In this document: piece after piece, positions 55,764 to 64,000 of the stretch
Layout: each line of letters begins with the position of its first letter
How positions within the stretch are numbered: the stretch's first letter is position 1
Source: Glycera tridactyla
Taxonomy: Eukaryota
Length of the DNA stretch: 64,000 nucleotides
NCBI GenBank assembly: GCA_965644265.1
Contig: OZ286475.1
Location: 66,836,001 to 66,900,000, forward strand
Direction of reading: 5' to 3'
Program-made: the position numbers and the translations under genes
Notes under the pieces: model-generated
What the model saw: the letters and a program-made list of their open reading frames with translations, nothing else
What the model was told of the DNA's origin: nothing
The model's database searches: none

Positions 55764-55840
55764 CCTCTCCCACTGGCAATGGAGATTTGACTGAATTGAA
55801 CAGGAAATTCACTGAGGATCTTTGTTGACAACTCCGGCAA
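55764..55840 (-). CDS. Candidate upstream exon of the membrane-protein gene (77 nt, phase 2 to 1)
   Basis: Acceptor acatttctag|, donor GAGG|gtataa; YCRSCQQRSSVNFLFNSVKSPLPVGE; phases fit both 56250 and 51738 but no homology is recognised. Confidence 0.35.
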
Positions 55841-56249
55841 CTAGAAATGTGATCAAAATGAAGTTGGCCATTGATACACATGGACACACACACATGATAC
55901 ACACACATACACACACAGTAGCATGCAAACAGACACAGGCANNNNNNNNNNNNNNNNNNNNNNNNNNNNNNNNNNNNNNNNNNNNNNNNNNNNNNNNNNN
56001 NNNNNNNNNNNNNNNNNNNNNNNNNNNNNNNNNNNNNNNNNNNNNNNNNNNNNNNNNNNNNNNNNNNNNNNNNNNNNNNNNNNNNNNNNNNNNNNNNNNN
56101 NNNNNNNNNNNNNNNNNNNNNNNNNNNNGACCACATTTTCACATGACCCCTTCTTCATCATCAAAGCTAGAGCTTCATTTCATTCTCGTCATTGACAGTA
56201 TCTATTGGATCAAATGTAATTTATTTTGAATTATATGCATTTCTCTCAC

Positions 56250-56368
56250 TAAGTAGCCATATAAGAGCATGACACAGTCACGATTGCCAGCAGAGACAGA
56301 ATCGTGGAATGCATTACACACGTCGCTGCAACTTGCACACATCGCAGCAGTTGAAGCGACATTTGCAT
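56250..56368 (-). CDS. Candidate signal-peptide exon of the membrane-protein gene
   Basis: ATG at 56368; MQMSLQLLRCVQVAATCVMHSTILSLLAIVTVSCSYMAT, then donor TA|gtgaga. Unspliced, it is simply a short ORF ending in TAG. Confidence 0.35.
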
Positions 56369-58774
56369 GTTGAGGGGATGATCGATATGTAAAGTTGACA
56401 GGCGGAGAACGATCCGATGTTACCCACAATCAGCAGACTCAATGATTTGTAAAATGAGATCGGGCTACACAAATAAGCCGTGTAATAGGGGGGATGAGAG
56501 GGGCCAGGGAAAGGTCAACTACGGCAAAGATTACACATGGATTGGTTGATTGAGTGAGTAGGGCTTAATATCTCTCCAACCCAGGCAATATTATTGAAGA
56601 CTGGCATTATGGTCAATTCTAATACATGATCTAGCAAAATATTGGAGTGAAAAAAAGCATTAAAAAAAGTTGTATTTTTATTTTTGTTTTTTTCTCTTCG
56701 TATTTTTTTTTCAATTTTTCTTCATGAAAAATTGACAATCGGCTGAAGAATAGAGAACTCCTGTCCTACTCTTTATGAAATAACAGGAATATGAGGGCTG
56801 AAGGGTTAATGTGCTGGCAGCATGGACACTAACTCACACAGCTGGCCTTTGATAACCCAGTCTGCATGCACTGGATAAACATGTCCAGGATTCAGATATT
56901 TCCAAACAGTTCAGAATTGAGGAGATGGGGAGGGGTGGGGGGTCAGAGATGTAGCTTAAGCCTAAATGGTTTTGTTTGGTTTGATTCAGGTTTGAGGGCA
57001 CATATCAGCCCAGAGGATTATGCACGGCATGCATTCTTGATCAATGCGGCTGGTCATCTGCAGTCAGCCAACAGCTATTGAAAGTTCAAACATCTGTGAG
57101 CAATTTTCTGTGATCTAAACATCAGATGGTAAATTGTGAATAATAATTATTGCTGACATGAACTATTAACAAGAATTTTTGAAATAAATATGGTTGGATA
57201 CTGACCGGAATTACAGAAACCAGACATGCAGAGTCTCCAGTCTGCCCTACCCTCATTAGCAACACTGGAGTTAGGTGTTTTCTTGTTTCTTGGGAAACAC
57301 AGTACAACCTGTTCAAGATCACCTCTGTTATAAACCAACTGCCTACAAAGTTCACCTTGAGTGATGACCTTGACAGTAATTTACCCATGAAATGACCATT
57401 CTGCTGTACAATGTCACCTGCCTACAGACGGCTTTTTTGTGTGAACAAGGGTGGTTGATGAGAGACCACCTTTGAGAAGAGGCCAATTTTAATGAGAGAC
57501 CACTCCTGATGAGACACTGCTCCGGAAGGGAGACCACAATTCGGGGCAGCTTCTCTGTGATGAGAGACCACGTCTTTTGAGAGACTGCATTTTGGTAACA
57601 TTCAGAGTGGTCTCTTAGCAAGTTTCTCTGTCCATGCATCAATCTGTGGCGGGGAGACACGGCTGAAGAACAGGAAGGCTTAATCCCATAAAGGAGATAT
57701 GAGGGTATCTGAGAGAGCAGGATTAACCTGGCCGAGGCTGGATGCTGCTGATGATAGCGGGATGAGCCAGGATTATCTCACCTTTATCTCACCTGTAGTA
57801 GGCAATGGATTATACATCAACACATTCATCCTGCCCATCTGCGGGGGGAGAGACANNNNNNNNNNNNNNNNNNNNNNNNNNNNNNNNNNNNNNNNNNNNN
57901 NNNNNNNNNNNNNNNNNNNNNNNNNNNNNNNNNNNNNNNNNNNNNNNNNNNNNNNNNNNNNNNNNNNNNNNNNNNNNNNNNNNNNNNNNNNTGACAATAA
58001 CATATCTAACTATGTAACTGCCTGGAAGCTGACACTCAGGCCTGATAGTACTGTTTTTTTCAGCAAAGCACAGTACTTGAAACAAGTGAAAACATTAGGT
58101 TCGACATCGGAAATTACTTGAATCACATTGGGAATGACTTGACCAAGGAAAATGAAATCAATTTTGACAAAGTTACATCGATCAGTAAAATCAAAATCCA
58201 ATCCTGATGATTGAATCATATTCTGAATGAATTGTCGCAACACGTCGCAACACGTCTAGAACATGGGGTGAATCGAGAATCAGAGGGTCAAGTGTGAAGA
58301 GGGTGGATCCAACCCCTCCCATACATTAGGCAGGAAGAGGCAACGGGGATCAAATGAGCAAAGAAGGACATGCAATACCCTGGGAGGTTGTCCCACTCGC
58401 TCCTCAAGCCCAGGGAGACAGGCCTTATTATTGGGCTGGGGTGTCAGTGTGAGCTCACTCTGCCTGCTGAGACTAGCCCTATTACCAGGCTCTTCTGCAG
58501 ACACATGTGGGCATACTCACACAACAATGATGGATACGTGTCACGTCCCATCCCAACCCGAGATGTCTCGTGTTGTCTTAGCAACCCCTACCCATAATCA
58601 TCTCCATCCCCATCACAGTGACTGATTATAAGACTAGAAGTTGATAGACTTCCTTCAGTGGAAGTTTCAGTAATGTATGAAAAAGAGAGGCATGGCACAT
58701 GAGTTTTTCGAGAAACGTTTTCCTTCGAAATGATACAATATTAGACTGTTGGCATTACAACAGTCATTGTTGGT

Positions 58775-58942
58775 CAAATACTCGAGGCACAGTACTCATG
58801 CCCCCCCCCCCCCCCCCCCCTGTTCCTCATATGAATATGACTTTTCAAAGAAATGTTTCTCCTTCAAAACAAGCATACACAATAATGGACTTTTCGCATT
58901 GAAAAGGTCATCATTGAACAAATACTCGAGGCACAGGACTCA

Positions 58943-58973
<31 letters not shown>

Positions 58974-59000
58974 GATCTACCCCCTGTTCCTCCTATGAAA
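58775..59000 (+). repeat. Local ~145-bp tandem duplication with long poly-C runs
   Basis: caaatactcgaggcacag(t/g)actcatg-(C)n at 58775 and 58920. Confidence 0.85.
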
Positions 59001-59659
59001 GGCTGCTCAGTGTCAGAACTGGAGTTACTTGTGGAACATCACAGAGCCGATTCCATCAGCTAATAACAAATCGGTGATAGTCCCTTCCGAAGAAGACATT
59101 CCTAACGCAAGCTGCTTGGGTAAAAATTTTCAGCTCAGGTTGAGAATTTGAAGAGTCTTTGACAATCATTGACCTCTAGTGGGTTGATTGACCGACTGAT
59201 TGATTGATTGAGTGATACTCAATACATGTCAGTACCAATCTTCAAAGAGTGATAACTCCTTCATTATTCGATTGCAAAAATCCTGAAATATGCCACAACA
59301 CTTGATGATAAGTATTCTGGGAAATTTTGGTGAAAATGGCATGTGAAATAAATGAGCAGTTGTACAGCCGAGAAAGTGTGACAGACTGACAGAAAAAAGT
59401 TCTTAGAAGACTGGTCAGATTGTATTTTTGAAAGAATCTGGTGCAGTGATGATAAAATGGGGATGGAATGTGACAAAAAGGTAGGAGTCAGTCCGAGACA
59501 GGATGTGGGCAGCGATGATAGCGGTGAACTCTCCGGTAGGTAAAGATGACTCATTAATCCAGGGGTATAGGACTTCATGTGACACATCGATGATTTGTCT
59601 TCTCTCTACAGTTACAAGAATGGGAAAAGAGAGATACAGAGAGCTGGAGACAAGAGTGA

Positions 59660-59704
<45 letters not shown>

Positions 59705-60010
59705 GTGACAGATAGACAAATGGATGGATNNNNNNNNNNNNNNNNNNNNNNNNNNNNNNNNNNNNNNNNNNNNNNNNNNNNNNNNNNNNNNNNNNNNNNN
59801 NNNNNNNNNNNNNNNNNNNNNNNNNNNNNNNNNNNNNNNNNNNNNNNNNNNNNNNNNNNNNNNNNNNNNNNNAGCAGATGGACAGACAGACAGACAAGAC
59901 CGACAGACAAACAGACCAAATGTGGATGAACAAGAGAGAGACAGAATGACAGTCAGATCTTAGAGTAAAGTCAGATAGACAGATGGACAGAATGTGAGTG
60001 AGAGAGAGAG

Positions 60011-60062
<52 letters not shown>

Positions 60063-61569
60063 CAAGAGAGAGAGAGAGAGAGAAAGAGAGGGGGGGGGAG
60101 AGGCGGACAGACAAACAGGCACACAGACAGACAGACAGACAGAGACACAGAGAATGCTATCAGTATGCATATTTTAGAGCACTGATACTTCACACTGTGC
60201 ACATGAGCATGTAAGTGTGTATGCATGTCAACATTTACATGTGAGCAGACACAAGTGTACATCGTGTGGGAGGCTGTGAGCGTATGAAGTGACATGCTCA
60301 TCTCAGCCAGGAATTCGCTCATCTGATTCGCTCCTCTGACTTGCGAATTTGGCATGAGTCACGATCCCCAACTTCAGGAGAGAGACAGGGGCTGATATTT
60401 CATCAATATCATCAGTATAGACACAAACACTGACAACCCCATCCCCATCCCCTCCTCCTCTGTCTCCTCATCTTCCCTGCATTCCTCTCTCTCATCCCTC
60501 CTCTCCATGACAACAAAGCTAAGTCCATATTCATCATGACCCCTGTCAAGATTGGCACGGTGATTTTGGCGCCTCAGCACTGAGATCTCGCCTCAACACG
60601 GAGATCTCGGATGCCGGTTATGGTGAGATGCATCCTGAAACAACACCGATAATGACAATGTCACTCATGACCTCTGACCTTGTCAATAGATGCCCAGATT
60701 ATCCACAGCTGGAACTATCCATTTGTGTCATACATCACTGTTTCAAGAATTGGGAATGATCACAATGAGATATGAAAGATTCCGCCAGTTCCACATGGTT
60801 GAGAAGGCTATCTGACGGTTTAGCAGTTTTATTTTATCTGAAGTAGTGTGTCTGAACTGTCATCCACTTTCCCATGACATCAAGCTTTCATTAACCAGGA
60901 ACACACAATATACATTGTTTGTTTGTTTGTTTGTTTGAGTTTAACGTCACTTAAACCCGCTTGGGTTATATCGGACTGAATAACTGAAAATGCTGAAGTA
61001 AAGAGTCACTTCCTGCCGTGGGCCGTCTCTACTCTTTGCGAAAGACAGCAGTGGATCTTTAACATGTGTAAAGGAAAAGGCTCCTATATACACGGCCGGC
61101 CTTTGATATCCCAGTCGGCATGCACTGGGTTCATAATCCTCTGGGTTGCGGCATGCCTATTGAACCTCAACAAAATCAAACAAATCCTGTTTCAGAAATT
61201 CCAGGACACTATTCACGGATGGACTTGCACTGTGACATCATCTGTGACATCATCTGACCTTTGACCTATCATGACATCACAATGCAAAGACAACCTTATG
61301 AGATATCTCATTTCTCACCCCATTGTGCATATCCTTGATATATGATGAATTGATTGATTGAGTAGGGGTTTATAGTCGTTTCATACTCCCCAATAGATAG
61401 TTATGAGTGAATTGATTGATTGATTGGTTATGAGTGTTCTCTAGATGGAGCTACAGTCAAACCTGCTCAAGACATCACCCCTATGCAGATTCCAGCTGCC
61501 CAGAAAGGCCAGCTTAGGCCTAAGCTGTAACCCTACAGTAAACAACCTCTCTACAAACCAGCTGTCTAC

Positions 61570-62030
61570 TAGTGTTCCGTCGATCAATGCAAAGATCGAT
61601 TTAATTGACGATTCTGGGTGCCGATCCGATTAATCGGCGCTCATTTTTGGGATCGATTAAGAATCGCTAAAATTAGCAGATAACCAAATACCTAATTTGC
61701 ATATGGCCTTGACCTCATCATCTGCTTGAGATGGCAGAACTTCTCGAATTGTTGTTTCTATCTAATGTTTTCATCCAGTTTATGGCAAAATCGTCGGAAT
61801 TTCCTCAAAAACGATCATCATATGCCCAAGTACAGTCATCATTTGTGTGTTTGATACGATTTTTGGACTCCCAGGTATATTCTGGCCATTTTAAGCACAT
61901 ACTTGTGTGAAGAGGGCGTGTGAATATCCATGGTTTCCCACTCCAAAAAAAGACCGATCTGAGATCGGTCATCAATCACTCAACACGCCGATTAATCAAT
62001 CCTGGTTTTCGGCACTGAGTCCGAACACTA
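61570..62030. mobile_element. 461-bp hAT MITE with 8-bp TSD, inserted in a Tc1-type MITE
   Basis: TAGTGTTC...GAACACTA ends; TSD CTGTCTAC at 61562-61569 and 62031-62038. Confidence 0.9.
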
Positions 62031-62418
62031 CTGTCTACAAAGAGTGACTTCATATTCAACTGTTTCCAATAGGGAATGGGGCTGCAAAAAGGGATCTGTC
62101 AAACCCAGTAGACTTCCAGGGGTCTCTCATCATATTCTCACCTTATTTGGCCTATTCTAATTCCACCCCATCTAGTGCAGCAGATTACATTATCACATGC
62201 AAATCTATGTGCTGGATGTACATGAGAAATTCAATCTGATGTATGCAATATGTGGATGAAAATACAGTCCCGCACAAGTTGGGAGACAGTTCAGGACCTC
62301 CTTCAAATTTGAACAGTGAACCGAATGCTGAGGGACATCTCAATATAGCCCAGATGATTCTCACAGGAAGTCAAAGAACCAACTAACCAATCAGCCCTAT
62401 GAGAGTGACCATAGACAA

Positions 62419-63322
62419 AAAGGAGTCCCGGACAAGAGGGAGTCCCGGACAAGAAGGAGTCCCGGATGAAGGAGTCCCGGACAAAAAGGAGTCCCGGGCA
62501 AGAAGGAGTCCCGGACAAGAAGGAGTCCCTGACAAGAAGGAGTCCCTGACAAGAAGGAGTACTGGACAAGAAGGAGTCCTGGACAAGAAGGAGTCCCGAA
62601 CAAGAGGGAGTCCCGAACAAGAGGGAGTCCCTGACAAGAAGGAGTCCCGGATGAAGGAGTCCTGACAAGAAGGAGTCCTGGACAAGAAGGAGTCCCGGAC
62701 AGGTGGGAGTCCCGGACAAGAAGGAGTCCCAGACAAGAAGGAGTCCCGGACAAGAAGGAGTCCCGGACAGGTGGGAGTCCCGGACAAGAAGGAGTCCCAG
62801 ACAAGAAGGAGTCCCTGACAAGAAGGAGTCCCAGACAAGAAGGAGTCCCGGACAGGTGGGAGTCCCGGACAAGAAGGAGTCCCGGACAAGAAGGAGTCCC
62901 GGACAGGAAGGAGTCCCGGACAGGAAGGAGTCCCGGACAAGAAGGAGTCCCGGACAAGAAGGAGTCCCGGACAAGAGGGAGTCCCGGACAAGAAGGAGTC
63001 CCGGACAAGAAGGAGTCCCGGACAAGAGGGAGTCCCAAACAAGAAGGAGTCCTTGACAAGAAGGAGTCCCGGACAAGAAGGAGTCCCGGACAAGAAGAAG
63101 TCCTTGACAAGGAGTCCCGGACAAGAAGGAGTCCCGGACAAGAGGGAGTCCCGAACAAGAAGTAGTCCCAGACAAGAAGGAGTCCCGGACAAGAGGGGGT
63201 CCCGGACAAGAAGGAGTCCCGGATGAAGGAGTCCCGGACAAGAAGGAGTCCTGGACAAGAAGGAGTCCCGGACAAGAAGGAGTCCCGGACAAGAAGGAGT
63301 CGCAGACAAGAAGGAGTCCCGC
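62419..63322 (+). repeat. 17-bp GC-rich minisatellite, ~0.9 kb
   Basis: Consensus GGAGTCCCGGACAAGAA; the 17-aa periodicity of the minus-strand ORFs equals three units. Confidence 0.97.
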
Positions 63323-64000
63323 CTGCACTAACAAAGTACACTCAGTTAAACAAATGTTCTTGCGAGTATTTGTGATGTGCAGGCAACTAATCAGATTGAC
63401 TTGGATGTAGGGGAGGGGGGGGGGGGGTTAGGAGGGGTAGTGGGGGGGGGGTAGAGGGCGCTTAGATAAAGCAGGCCTCCTCACACATTGTTGCCCCGTT
63501 CAATAGCCTGACCCATTAGGCACTGATGAAGCATCCAATGATCACAAAACTGCACCTTGTGAACCCGCCCGAAAAGTCGGTCCCCGGTAGTTCACATTCC
63601 GCAATGATCTGATACATGGGACGATCATCTACCTCCAGCAACAGCAACACACTGCGAATGCTGAAGAAAAGTTTGATTTGCAAAAATGATCTGCTAAAAT
63701 AATTTTCATCTCTGATAGTGTGTTATCGTGGATGAACATTTTCCTGATTTCATTTGTTTTGCTGAAACAAAGCATAAAAGATTGATGTGGCATCAGTATG
63801 CCATAGATTTTTCATTATGGTGAACTGATTTGATGAAATGTTTTCTGTCTGTGCACAAATACTTTCTGAACTGCGATATTCAATCCCAGTTTGCTGAAAT
63901 CAATCTTTGAAAGTTTATACATGCTAGAAGGATCCAAGAGATGATACAAATATCTGCGATGTGGATGCAAAGTTAGTCTGACAGCCTGAGTGATAATGGG

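Noticed and set aside
59000-59121. Plus-strand peptide AAQCQNWSYLWNITEPIPSANNKSVIVPSEEDIPNASCLG with four N-glycosylation sequons
   Set aside because: Weak acceptor formed by a duplicated poly-C unit, and its phase does not match the 53464-53521 candidate exon; cannot be supported without RNA data.
18842-60170. Many ORFs containing long X runs (18842-19393, 20905-21393, 25836-26229, 46211-46597, 51139-52882, 53651-54097, 55732-56229, 57699-58121, 59415-59963)
   Set aside because: They are open only because N gaps contain no stops, and are often padded by microsatellite translation.
60374-60633. Minus-strand exon-like segment with acidic-then-hydrophobic short ORF (MERRDEREECREDEETEEEGMGMGLSVFVSILMILMKY)
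   Set aside because: Low-complexity purine-rich sequence; may be a 5' UTR exon of the membrane-protein gene but no join can be shown.
62303-63341. Three overlapping 308-343 aa minus-strand ORFs
   Set aside because: Translation of a 17-bp minisatellite in all frames; no splice or homology support.

Overview
AT-rich, repeat-dense animal genomic DNA, probably a marine invertebrate (species not identifiable from sequence). It is a gapped assembly, and many N runs sit next to microsatellites. Two protein-coding genes can be reconstructed by hand. (1) A plus-strand caspase-family gene with four coding exons (19523-25891, 254 aa). It has no prodomain, and its catalytic His is replaced by Tyr while the catalytic Cys and the S1-pocket Arg/Gln/Arg are kept, so it is a candidate pseudo-caspase. 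(2) A convergent minus-strand gene for an unrecognised single-pass membrane protein with a Thr-rich stalk, a TM exon, a 22-nt micro-exon and a Tyr-rich tail (supported exons 51738-36880). The 15 kb upstream of the caspase (3579-18580) is three adjacent copies of one non-autonomous repeat, each interrupted by a different element: a 5.15-kb non-coding TG...CA insertion with a 4-bp TSD, a nearly intact CR1-group LINE, and a nest in which a CAC...GTG element with an 8-bp TSD holds a decayed Academ transposon and a TA-TSD MITE. The window also holds a 2-kb piggyBac-type element in caspase intron 3, many MITEs and Helentron-like elements, a six-unit array of CTCF-like motifs and a 17-bp minisatellite. 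Most ORFs in the supplied track are artefacts of N gaps, microsatellites or tandem repeats. All homology calls are from motif recognition by eye; no searches were run.
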